The translations under genes were made by a program, and so were the position numbers. A stretch of DNA of 64,000 nucleotides from an uncultured bacterium (GTDB lineage: Bacteria; Verrucomicrobiota; Verrucomicrobiia; Limisphaerales; UBA11358), in contig CAVPSH010000001.1 of NCBI GenBank assembly GCA_963708305.1, positions 864,191-928,190 on the forward strand, read 5' to 3'. Positions 45,652-55,600 of this stretch are shown in pieces. Every line of letters begins with the position of its first letter. Position 1 is the first letter of the stretch. The notes under the pieces were generated by a model. It made no database searches, was not told where the DNA came from, and worked only from the letters and a program-made list of their open reading frames with translations.

Positions 45652-46935
45652 ATGTCAACCCAAGTTCTCCCACCGGCCACCTCCGAATCGGACGCGGCCA
45701 CCGTCACCCGGCAACAATGGAAATGGTCTGCGCTGGCGGGCATGGCTTCGTATCTGGATGCCGGCTCGATTGTCGCCCTTGGCGCCGGGCTGGCCTTGTT
45801 TCAAAGCCAGCTCCATTTGAGCAACAGCGCCGTCGGCGCCCTGGCCGCGATCGGACCCAACGCCATCGGTTGCGCCCTCGGTGCGTTCGGTGGCGGCTGG
45901 CTCGGCGACAAACTGGGACGCAAACGCATTTATCAATATGACCTTCTGGTGTATGCCGCCGGCATCCTGTGTATTGCGTTGTCGGTGAACGAGGCGATGC
46001 TGTTCATCGGAACTTTCGTTGTCGGTGTCGCAGTCGGCGCCGATGTTCCAACCTCGCTCGCTCTGGTCGGTGAATTGGCGCCGGCCAGGGCGCGCGGCAA
46101 ATTGCTCGGCTTCACCCAGGTGGCCTGGTGTCTGGGGCCAACCATCGTGCTCTGGCTCGCCGTATTGTTCGCGCCGCTGGGCCTCCTCGGTATCCGCATT
46201 ATTTTTCTGCACCTGCTGGTCGTCGCCCTGGTCACCTGGGCTTTGCGCCGCGGCCTGGCTGAATCAGCGCGCTGGGTGGCCGCCTCAACGTCGGCCCGGC
46301 AAAACGTGCGCGCGCTCTTTTCCGGCGCCAATCTGCGAGCCCTGGTGTGGACCGCCACCATCTATTTGTTTTGGAATCTGGCCGCCGGCACTGCCGGGAT
46401 TTTCAATCCTTACTTCATCAAAACACTTCACGCCGCCAGCCAGGCTGCGAGCGTGGGAATGTACAGCTCGGCCTTCGTCATCGCCATGATCGTCGCCGTG
46501 ACAGTCTTCATGCCTTACTCCGATCGCAATTACGCAACGCGGAAAAGGTTGTGGGGCGTGGGCGCCCTCATGCAAATCGTGGCTTATGGACTGTTTCTCG
46601 TCCTGCCTTTTAATATCCCGACGATCATCACCAACATCCTGTTGTTCGCCGCCGGCGGGGCTTTGGCCGGTGAGGCCTTCTACAAAGTGTTCAGCCAGGA
46701 ACTCTTTCCCACCATGCTACGCGGGACTGCGCAAGGCATCACTTTCGGCGTGGCCCGGACCTTGCTGGGTATCTGGAGCTTTTTCGTGCCGGCGCTGGCA
46801 AAAACCGGGATTGGTCCGGTTGCCGGGCTGCTGACCTTGTTCCTGATCATCAGCGGTGCTGTTGGATTCTTTTTCATGCCCGATACGTCCGGCAAAACTT
46901 TGGAGCAAATCGAAGTGGAGCGCGCCCGCACATGA
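45652..46935 (+). CDS. MFS transporter (sugar/acid porter-like)
   Basis: The ATG at 45652. GWLGDKLGRKRIY is the MFS loop 2-3 motif. The hydrophobicity suggests 12 TM segments. Confidence 0.85.
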   Translation: MSTQVLPPATSESDAATVTRQQWKWSALAGMASYLDAGSIVALGAGLALFQSQLHLSNSAVGALAAIGPNAIGCALGAFGGGWLGDKLGRKRIYQYDLLVYAAGILCIALSVNEAMLFIGTFVVGVAVGADVPTSLALVGELAPARARGKLLGFTQVAWCLGPTIVLWLAVLFAPLGLLGIRIIFLHLLVVALVTWALRRGLAESARWVAASTSARQNVRALFSGANLRALVWTATIYLFWNLAAGTAGIFNPYFIKTLHAASQAASVGMYSSAFVIAMIVAVTVFMPYSDRNYATRKRLWGVGALMQIVAYGLFLVLPFNIPTIITNILLFAAGGALAGEAFYKVFSQELFPTMLRGTAQGITFGVARTLLGIWSFFVPALAKTGIGPVAGLLTLFLIISGAVGFFFMPDTSGKTLEQIEVERART

Positions 46936-49682
46936 GTTCGTCAGACCTGAATCAACGCATCCGCATCTCACATCTGCGCTGCGAATACCTCGTGGCTCCG
47001 CTGGGCATTGATGAACCGGCACCGCGCCTGAGCTGGGCCATCGAGTCGAACCGCGGCGGTGCGCGGCAGGTGGCTTACCGCATTTGGGTCGCCAGCACAC
47101 CAGGAAAACTTGCCACCCGCAAGGGCGATTCCTGGGACAGCGGGCGCGTCGAGAGCAATCAAACGACGCAGGTCGTCTATGCCGGCCGGCCATTGCGTTC
47201 GCGCGACGTGTGCCACTGGCGCGTCGAGGTCTGGGATGAAACCGGCAAGAATGCCCGCTCGAAACCTTCGTTCTGGACGATGGGGTTGTTGAAAAAATCC
47301 GACTGGCACGCGCGCTGGATTGCCGCCAATCCCGAAATCATCAGTCGCGACCCGGACGCGATGGCGCCGACGCTGACGGACCCGGGCACGCCGGCCTGTT
47401 TCCGCAAGGAATTCAAAATTGCCGGCGCGGTGAAACGGGCCACGCTTTACGCCAGCGCCCGCGGCCTGTTTGAGTTGCGTCTCAACGGCCGGCGCGTTGG
47501 CGAAGACGTCTTCGCGCCGGAATGGACCGATTACGACAAGCGTATTCACTACCGCACTTACGACGTCACAAAGTTGATTGACCGGGATCGAAATGTCCTT
47601 GGCGCCATTCTCGGCGACGGCTGGTGGAGCGGCTATGTCGGCTGGCAGGAGACGCGCGGACGTTATGGCAGCCTCGAAAACAGCCTGCTGGTCCAACTGG
47701 AATTGGAATTGGCCGACGGCAAACGCGCTTTGGTCGGTACTGACAACACCTGGACCTGCAACACCGGCCCGATTCTCAGTTCCGATTTTATGATGGGCGA
47801 AACTTACGACGCCCGCCGCGAATGCCGTGGCTGGGATTCGGTTAAATTTTCCGGCAAAAACTGGCTCCCGGCTCGGAGCGTGGCTGCGCCTCGCGTGTGG
47901 CTGGTCGCCCAACGTTCCGAACCGGTGCGTAGCACGGAAACCATCGCGCCAGTTTCGGTGAGCGAAATCCGCCCTGGCATTTTCATCTACGACCTGGGCC
48001 AGAACATCACCGGCTGGGTCCGGTTGCGGGTCAAGGCGCCGGCCGGCACGCGCATCCAGTTTCGGCATGGCGAACGACTCAATCCTGACGGCACGCTTTA
48101 CACCGGGAACCTCCGTCGGGCCAGGGCCACCGACGTTTACATTTGCAAGGGCGGCGGCCCGGAAATCTGGGAACCGCATTTCACCTTTCACGGATTCCAA
48201 TACGTCGAACTGACCGGCCTGCCATCTGCACCCGGCAAGGCCGCGGTCACCGGTTGCGCGATTCACTCCGCGATGACGCCCGCCGGCTGTTTTGAATGTT
48301 CCCATGCCGGCGTGAACCGGCTTTGGTTGAACGGCCTCTGGTCCCAACGCGACAATTTCCTCAGTGTGCCCACCGACTGCCCGCAACGCGACGAACGCCT
48401 CGGCTGGATGGGCGATGCACAGGTGTTCCTCCGCACCGCCAGTTACAACATGGATGTCGCGGCATTTTTCACGAAGTGGATGATTGATGTCGAGGACGCC
48501 CAGACGTCAGATGGCATTTTTCCCGACACCGCACCGCGCCTGCGCGAGGGTAAGAATTTCGTCGGGCTGGATGGAATATGCGGCGCGGCCGGCTGGGCTG
48601 ACGCCGGCATCATCGTGCCGTGGACGATGTGGCGTGTTTACGGCGACAGACGAATTATTGAGCGGCATTGGCCGGCGATGACCAAATGGCTCGACTGGAT
48701 TGAACAGCACAATCCCGACGGATTGCGCACGCACGACCTCGGCAACAACTACGGCGACTGGCTCTGCATTCCCAGCGACACCACCTTCCGGACGCATTCG
48801 CCGATGAAAAACCTCCTGGCGACGGCCTACTGGGCCGACGATGCGGCCAGGATGGCCCGGATGGCAGGCGAAATCGGTCGCGAGGTGGAGGCAAAACGGT
48901 TTCGGGCGATGTTCGAAAAAGTGCGCGCCGCGTTTCAAAAGAAATTCCTCTCCGAAGACGGACGGTTGACGGTTGAGACCCAAACGGCCTACCTGCTCGC
49001 GCTCGCCTTCAACCTGTTGCCGGATAATGTGCGTGCCCGCGCTGCTGAACATCTCGTTGAAAACATCAAATCGTTGGACTGGCACCTGAGCACAGGGTTC
49101 ATCGGCATCAGTCATCTCAACCCGCAACTGACGCTGGCGGGCCGGGCTGATGTTGCCTACCGGCTGTTGCTGCGCGACGATTATCCGTCGTGGCTTTATC
49201 CGGTGAAACATGGTGCGACAACGATTTGGGAACGCTGGAACGGTTGGACGAAAGAGCATGGCTTCTTCAATCCGCAGATGAATTCGTTCAACCATTACTC
49301 GCTCGGCTCAGTGGGTGAATGGCTGTTCCGGCACGTGGCGGGCATTGAACTCGATCCCGACGTGCCCGGCTTTCAACAATTTCTACTGCGCCCGTTTATC
49401 GGAGGTGGCCTCAGTTTCGCCCGGGCGTATTACCGCACCATGCACGGCGAAATTGCCAGTGACTGGAAACGCACTGGAAAGAAACTCACCTGGACCATCC
49501 ATGTTCCGCCCAATACCACGGCCCGCGTCTCGGTGCCGAGCGAACCCGGAACGCCCGTGACCGAAAGCGGCGTGCCCGTTGAAAAAGCCGAAGGTTTGAA
49601 TGTCATCGGCCGCGACGGACGGTTTCTCGTCTGTGACGCGGAATCCGGAACCTACAAATTCGTGAGTAGCTGGAAAGATTAA
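46932..49682 (+). CDS. GH78 alpha-L-rhamnosidase (no obvious signal peptide)
   Basis: LRCEYLVAPLGIDEPAPRLSW...AYRIWVAS and DCPQRDERLGWMGDAQVF are GH78 signatures. Its start overlaps the MFS stop (ATGA). Confidence 0.9.
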   Translation: MSSSDLNQRIRISHLRCEYLVAPLGIDEPAPRLSWAIESNRGGARQVAYRIWVASTPGKLATRKGDSWDSGRVESNQTTQVVYAGRPLRSRDVCHWRVEVWDETGKNARSKPSFWTMGLLKKSDWHARWIAANPEIISRDPDAMAPTLTDPGTPACFRKEFKIAGAVKRATLYASARGLFELRLNGRRVGEDVFAPEWTDYDKRIHYRTYDVTKLIDRDRNVLGAILGDGWWSGYVGWQETRGRYGSLENSLLVQLELELADGKRALVGTDNTWTCNTGPILSSDFMMGETYDARRECRGWDSVKFSGKNWLPARSVAAPRVWLVAQRSEPVRSTETIAPVSVSEIRPGIFIYDLGQNITGWVRLRVKAPAGTRIQFRHGERLNPDGTLYTGNLRRARATDVYICKGGGPEIWEPHFTFHGFQYVELTGLPSAPGKAAVTGCAIHSAMTPAGCFECSHAGVNRLWLNGLWSQRDNFLSVPTDCPQRDERLGWMGDAQVFLRTASYNMDVAAFFTKWMIDVEDAQTSDGIFPDTAPRLREGKNFVGLDGICGAAGWADAGIIVPWTMWRVYGDRRIIERHWPAMTKWLDWIEQHNPDGLRTHDLGNNYGDWLCIPSDTTFRTHSPMKNLLATAYWADDAARMARMAGEIGREVEAKRFRAMFEKVRAAFQKKFLSEDGRLTVETQTAYLLALAFNLLPDNVRARAAEHLVENIKSLDWHLSTGFIGISHLNPQLTLAGRADVAYRLLLRDDYPSWLYPVKHGATTIWERWNGWTKEHGFFNPQMNSFNHYSLGSVGEWLFRHVAGIELDPDVPGFQQFLLRPFIGGGLSFARAYYRTMHGEIASDWKRTGKKLTWTIHVPPNTTARVSVPSEPGTPVTESGVPVEKAEGLNVIGRDGRFLVCDAESGTYKFVSSWKD

Positions 49683-49705
49683 TCCCAATAAAAGAGAATC
49701 GTCCT

Positions 49706-51406
49706 ATGAAACCAGAGAAAAATTCCGTAGCCACCGGCGCGGTCCGGCTTCATTTTCAACAATTCGGCGGCTCCGCGTGTGCTGCCATCCTGTGCCTGCT
49801 GTCCTCCATTTGCGTGTGCCAACCAGCGGTCGCCGCCGACCCGTCTTCGCCGTCTGGCTTCGGTGCGGCAAGCACGGTGGAGCAATGGGGTATTTACGAA
49901 ATTGCGTTGAATGGGCCGACCAACGGCAACCCGTTCCTCGACGTGCGGTTTTCCGCGGCCTTCGGCAATGGTTCAAAGACTGTCGAGGTGCCGGGTTTCT
50001 ACGACGGCGACGGCATCTATCGCGTGCGGTTCATGCCCGACACGCCCGGCGTCTGGCATTACGAGACGCGCGCCAATCGTTGGCCGCTGACCAAACATCT
50101 TGGCACGTTCACCGTGACGCCCGCCACCGGCAATGATCACGGCCCGGTGCGTGTCCATGACACATATCATTTCGCCTACACGGACGGGACGCCGTATTAT
50201 CCGTTCGGCACCACGTGTTACAACTGGTTGCAGGCGCCAGACGACTGGCAGGAACTGACGCTCAAAACACTGGCCAGTTCGCCGTTCAACAAGGTGCGCT
50301 TCCTCGTGTTTCCTCAGGACCAGGACTTCAAGAAATCAGTGCCGCCGACGCTGTTTCCGTTTGAGGGCAAACCGCGCAAGGACTGGGACTACACGCGGTT
50401 CAGCCCGGCGTTCTTCCAGAAAATGGAGCAGCGCGTTGGCCAGCTTCGGGACCTTGGCATCGAGGCCGACATCATCCTGTTCGATCCCTACGGCAAGTCG
50501 TGGGGTTTTGACACAATGGATTCCCTGACCGATGAGCGTTACCTGCGTTATATCGTCGCCCGCCTGTCGGCCTATCGCAACGTCTGGTGGTCCATGGCGA
50601 ATGAGTTCGATTTCCTCCGCACTAAAAACGAGGCCGATTGGGACCGTTATTTCCAGATTGTGGAACAGGCCGATCCCTACCATCACCTCCGCTCGATTCA
50701 CAACGGCTATTTTATTTACGACAACAACAAGCCCTGGGTGACGCACGCCAGCATCCAGAACGGCTCGGCGGTGGAAGACCCGGGTCGGGCCGTGCTTTAC
50801 CGCGATGTCTGGCGCAAGCCGGTCGTGTTTGACGAGGTGAAATACGAAGGGAACGAAACCGCCCGCTGGGGCCAGCTCACCGCGCAGGAGATGGTCCAGC
50901 GCATCTGGGCCGGCACGGTGGCGGGCACCTACGTGGAGCACGGTGAGTGTTACCGGAACACGAACGATACATGGCTTTCTTACGGCGGTGTATTGCGGGG
51001 CCAAAGTCCGCCGCGCATCGCGTTCCTGCGCAAAATTCTCGAAGACGCGCCGGGCTACGGTCTCGACCCGATTGACAAATACCAGGACTGGGACATGGGG
51101 GGAACACCGGGCAAATACTATCTGAAATACTTCGGCGACGCGGCGTCCAAGTCATGGACGTTTGAACTGCCACACGACGGTCTCACCGAAGGCATGGAGT
51201 TCCACGTGGATATAATTGACACGTGGGACATGACCATCACGCCGGCGGAAGGCGTTTTCACCTTGAAGGCGAAGGACCGCTACTCGTTTGTGGACAGCGA
51301 CGGCCGCGTGGTCAAGCTGCCGGGCAAACCTTACATGGCGTTGCGCATCACCTACGCCGGCGGCGCGGCGGGCCGGGCCGATACGATTGCGCCGGTTGAG
51401 CCGTGA
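49706..51406 (+). CDS. DUF5060-type N-terminal domain + clan GH-A (DUF4038/apiosidase-like or GH5-like) glycoside hydrolase, secreted
   Basis: VEQWGIYEIALNG...VPGFYDGDGIYRVRFMPDTPGVWHY matches my memory of DUF5060. It is followed by a TIM-barrel-like region (YYPFGTTCYNW, WWSMANEF). The family call is tentative. Confidence 0.6.
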   Translation: MKPEKNSVATGAVRLHFQQFGGSACAAILCLLSSICVCQPAVAADPSSPSGFGAASTVEQWGIYEIALNGPTNGNPFLDVRFSAAFGNGSKTVEVPGFYDGDGIYRVRFMPDTPGVWHYETRANRWPLTKHLGTFTVTPATGNDHGPVRVHDTYHFAYTDGTPYYPFGTTCYNWLQAPDDWQELTLKTLASSPFNKVRFLVFPQDQDFKKSVPPTLFPFEGKPRKDWDYTRFSPAFFQKMEQRVGQLRDLGIEADIILFDPYGKSWGFDTMDSLTDERYLRYIVARLSAYRNVWWSMANEFDFLRTKNEADWDRYFQIVEQADPYHHLRSIHNGYFIYDNNKPWVTHASIQNGSAVEDPGRAVLYRDVWRKPVVFDEVKYEGNETARWGQLTAQEMVQRIWAGTVAGTYVEHGECYRNTNDTWLSYGGVLRGQSPPRIAFLRKILEDAPGYGLDPIDKYQDWDMGGTPGKYYLKYFGDAASKSWTFELPHDGLTEGMEFHVDIIDTWDMTITPAEGVFTLKAKDRYSFVDSDGRVVKLPGKPYMALRITYAGGAAGRADTIAPVEP

Positions 51407-51493
51407 GTTGCGAAGCGGCGGCGAACTTCAATCCATGCGAAATCAAACCATGAAATTTCCCGTAAAAAAAAACTGGCATATTGCGCCGTCTGG

Positions 51494-52606
51494 TTGGCAG
51501 CGCTGGCGGTTACAACTTGTCCAATTGGCGGCCACGGAGCGGATGCCACGAACGCAACGGCGAATCCGTGTCAGCCTTTGGACGCGAAGACGCTCGGCGA
51601 ATGGTCGGCGCCGTTTCGCAACTGGCAATACTGGCCAACGCACGTCATCCCGGCCAGCCCACCGATTCCGGGCGCGACCAACATCATCGGCACGGACATT
51701 CCGACGGTTTATCAGATTCCCGGTGACAATAAATGGTACATGAGTTTCGTCGCGTTCGACGGCGCTGGCTACCAGTCCTGTGCGGCCGAGAGCACGGATT
51801 TGATTCATTGGGGCAGCTATCGGCTGGCGATGGGTTACGGGCCGGCAGGCGAATTTGATCATGGCGGCTGTACCATCGGTGGATTTTTACTGGAATCCTA
51901 CGACCTCAAAGCGCCACGCGTGCTCAAGAAACGCGACGGAAAGTTCTGGACGCTTTACGGCGCGTATGCCCAGCAAGGCGGCTACGAACTTCATCCCGAC
52001 GGGCAAGGTCTGGCCGTGAGTGATGACGGTTTGATCTGGCGCCGGGCGCAAGACGGGCCGGCGCTTTCCATCCATGACCCCGACTGTGGCGATTGGGAAA
52101 ACAATCGTATTTACATGCCGTGGCTCCTGGAATACCGCGGCCGGTTCTTCGACTTCTACAACGCCGCGCACAAAAACCACGAACAAACCGGCGTCGCGTT
52201 TTCAACCGATCTGACCCATTGGATTCATTACCCGGCGAACCCGGTCATTCGCAACCGGCCCGGCGGTTATGATGCCGGGTTTTGTTCCGATCCGAAGGTG
52301 TATCGGGACGGTGATCACTGGACGATGTTCTATTTCGGCGTTGGGCACGGCACGGCGAGCATCATGATTGCATTTTCACGCGATTTGATGCACTGGACTT
52401 CCGATCCGGACCCGCTTTACAAGGGAGGTGGCAATCCCAGCGGATTGGACAAGCAGTACGCCCACAAGACCTCCCTGGTTTACAATCCCGGGAACGACAC
52501 GTTTTACCTGTTTTACTGTGCGGTGCCTGGAAAAAAAGGCGACATCACCGGCGGGCGCGGCATCGGCTTGATCACCAGTAAACCACTGACAGATGTTTCA
52601 CCGTAG
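51494..52606 (+). CDS. five-bladed beta-propeller glycoside hydrolase-like protein (GH43/32/130-type fold); signal peptide separated by a frameshift
   Basis: Propeller-like repeats are present (WYMSFVAFDG, FWTLYGAY, FFDFYNAA, WTMFYFGV, FYLFYCAV). The ATG at 51450 plus an A9 tract at 51464-51472 would encode MKFPVKKKLAYCAVWLAALAVTTCPIGG if the tract were A10. Confidence 0.7.
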   Translation: MAALAVTTCPIGGHGADATNATANPCQPLDAKTLGEWSAPFRNWQYWPTHVIPASPPIPGATNIIGTDIPTVYQIPGDNKWYMSFVAFDGAGYQSCAAESTDLIHWGSYRLAMGYGPAGEFDHGGCTIGGFLLESYDLKAPRVLKKRDGKFWTLYGAYAQQGGYELHPDGQGLAVSDDGLIWRRAQDGPALSIHDPDCGDWENNRIYMPWLLEYRGRFFDFYNAAHKNHEQTGVAFSTDLTHWIHYPANPVIRNRPGGYDAGFCSDPKVYRDGDHWTMFYFGVGHGTASIMIAFSRDLMHWTSDPDPLYKGGGNPSGLDKQYAHKTSLVYNPGNDTFYLFYCAVPGKKGDITGGRGIGLITSKPLTDVSP

Positions 52607-55600
52607 AAATGATTCGTGGGCGGAGTAGCCTTCGCTGGTGAAGTGGTAATTCCCACTGCCAGCATTGAAGACAGCGTAACCGTTTTCCATACCAAGAAAT
52701 TTTATGTCGCGGACGTTAATGGCAGACCGGCCGCCTTCATAAACGTGTTCCAATTTTTTTGCCGGCACATAAACCGTGGCCGTAGTGTTCACCGGAATCG
52801 CGATGTGCCAGTCGAAGTCGGCGCCTTTCCGTCGCCAATCACTGGCAATCAGACCGTAAGGTGACCGATGCGTGGCTTGGACGAAGGTCAAGTCACCGAC
52901 CGGATGCGGTTGCATGATGATGTGCTTGAAGCCCGGCGCGGCCGGGTCGGGTTTGATGCCGGCGAGATCTTCATAGAGCCAGATCACGAGGTCACCGACG
53001 AGCATGACGTGGTTGCGGGAATTCATTTCGGGATCGGCGGTATTGCCATTCCACAATTCCCAAATCGTCGTCGCGCCGTGCTCGATCATGTAACCCCAAC
53101 TCGGATAGGTTTTCTGATCGGCCAGAGCGTAGGCCAAATCCGCCCGGCCGTTGTCGGTCAGTACCCGCATCAAATATTGGCCACCCACCAGCCCCGTGCC
53201 GATGTGGCCGCGACTTTCGTTCACAATCTTGTCCACGAGATGGTGGAAAATGCGTTGACGCATATCGTCGGGTACCAGGCCAAACGCGAGCGGCAACACG
53301 CAGGATGTTTGAGAACCGTTATCGTACTGGCCCAAATCGCGGTTGAGAAACCGGTCATTGAAAGCAGCCTTCATCTTTTCCGCCTGATCACGAAACTGCC
53401 GGGCGTCATCAGTTTTTCCAAGCATCTGCGCGTACTCTTCCATCAGACAGAGATCGTGGTAAAAATACGTGGTCGCCAGCAGCGTTTTGTCCGTCTCCCG
53501 GTTCGGGTCCCGGGAATGAATCAAGGTCGGATCCTCCGGCGGTACGCACCAGTCGCCGTAGCTGTCCTTCGAGATGAGGCCATGGGTGACAAAACCGCTC
53601 ATGAAATCCACCCATTTTTTGGCCCCGTCGTAATGGCGCGCGATGATTTCCGTGTCAGCGTATTGTTCGCGCAGCATTTCCGGGATGATAATGCCGCTGC
53701 TGGGCCAGACGACGTCGTCGGAGTAAATCGGCCAGTAAGCCGGGGCGATGTCGGGCACGCTGCCGTTGGGCCGCTGAGCGTCGGCCATGTCCTGCAGCCA
53801 CTTGGAATAAAGCGTCGAATTGTCGAACAAATAAGTTTCCCCCCGGGATTCTTCCGAGCGATCGCCGAGCCAGCCCTGCCGCTCGTCCCGTTGCGGACAA
53901 TCCGTCGGGATGCTGTGATAATTGCCGCGCACCCCCCAGACGACGGCGCGGTAAATTTGATTAAGCAAAGGATTGGAACACTCGAAGGTCCCGTTGGTGG
54001 GCAAATCGTCGTTCACGATCCGGCCTGCAATCGAATGCAGATCCGGCTTGCCGGGAAAGCCGGTCACTTGGACGTATCGGAAACCATGCCATGTGAAACG
54101 CGGTTCCCAGATTTCGGTTCCGTGGCCGTTCAGGATATAGGTATCGGTGGCCTGCGCACCCCGAAGGTTCGCCACGTACAGCGTGCCATCCGGCTTGAGC
54201 ACTTCAGCGAAACGCAGTTTTACCCGCGTACCGACCGGGCCTTTCACTTTCAGCCGCGTCCAACCGACCATGTTCTGTCCCATGTCGTAAACATAGATGC
54301 CGGGCTTCGGTTCGGTCATGGAAATGGGCTGGCGCGTGCCGGTGACGCGCTCCGGTTCAACCATCTGCGCGGCGGCCAAGCCCAGCGGTGCCTCGACGAT
54401 TTGCGCCGGTTGCCATGTTGAATCATCAAACCCAGGCTGGCTCCAGCCGGGAAATGCCTTGCGGGCGTCGTAGTCTTCGCCGTCATAATCATTGTTGGCC
54501 AGAATCGGCCCATTGGTGGTGAGCCTCCAGGAGCCGTCGCTGACAATATTGGTCACCGAACCGTCGGCGTATTCCACGCGAAGTTGCAACAGCAATTCGG
54601 GCCACCCAAAACTTTCCGTCCCGGTATAAACATGGCTGCGGTCGGCGTAATAACGGCCGTTGCCCAACACGACGCCCATCGCGTTGGCGCCGCGGCGCAG
54701 TTGTTTTGTGGCATCGTAGGTAACATAGAACACGCGTTTGTTGTATTGGGCGAAGGCCGGTGAGAGAACCGCGTCACCCACCTTGTGGCCGTTCAAATCC
54801 AACTCCGACCAGCCCAGTCCGGAGAAGGAAACCGTCGCGCGCCCGATTTTCTTGTCGACGGTGAATTGCTTCCGCAGCCAGCGCGCCGGTTGCCGGCGTG
54901 ATTCGGAAATGCGGACATCGCCCCAGGGTTGCATGCCCACCGGACCGAGCACTTTGGCGGACGTCCAGGCAGAATCGACGAAACCAGGCATGTTCCAGTT
55001 GGTCGGGTCCTGGTCGGAAACTTTCCATTGATCGTCGGTGGGAATGAGCAACGGTAGGCCATGGTCAAATTCGACCGTCAGCAGCCCGACCACGCCTGCC
55101 GGCTTCGCGTTCGTTCCCCGGTTGGATCCGGTGAGCGCGATAACATTGGTGCCCGGCCGGAGGCGATAGGTGACATCGTTGTCCTTGACGACGTGATAAC
55201 TGGCGCGCGCCCCCAGGTCACGGCCATTCAGCCAGCCACGGCACAGGCTGTCACCAGTGTAAACGAACCGGGCGTGTTTAATTTGGCGATCCGGCGGAAT
55301 CACGACCACGCGGCGGAAATATCGTTCGCCGGGCGGCGCGGCTTTTTCCGGCTCGCCTTCCGGAAACCAAATCCAACTCGTGCCGGCGAGGTAATCAGCG
55401 GCCGCTTCGCCATCCAGGCCGATCCAATGGGCCTGCCAGTCGGAAGGCTGGAGCAATCCCATGCTCCATTCTGCCGGCCCGCTCCAGGCGGACGCTTTCT
55501 CATCCTTGTCCCAAACGCGGACCTTCCAGAAACATTGTTCATTCGATACCAGCGCCTTGCCGGCGTAAGGCACCTCGAAGGATTGGTCGGAATCCACCTT

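Noticed and set aside
46968-48386. 472-aa ORF on the minus strand
   Set aside because: It is antisense to GH78 (46932..49682).
52868-54421. 517-aa ORF on the plus strand
   Set aside because: It is antisense to the 1095-aa GH78 gene.
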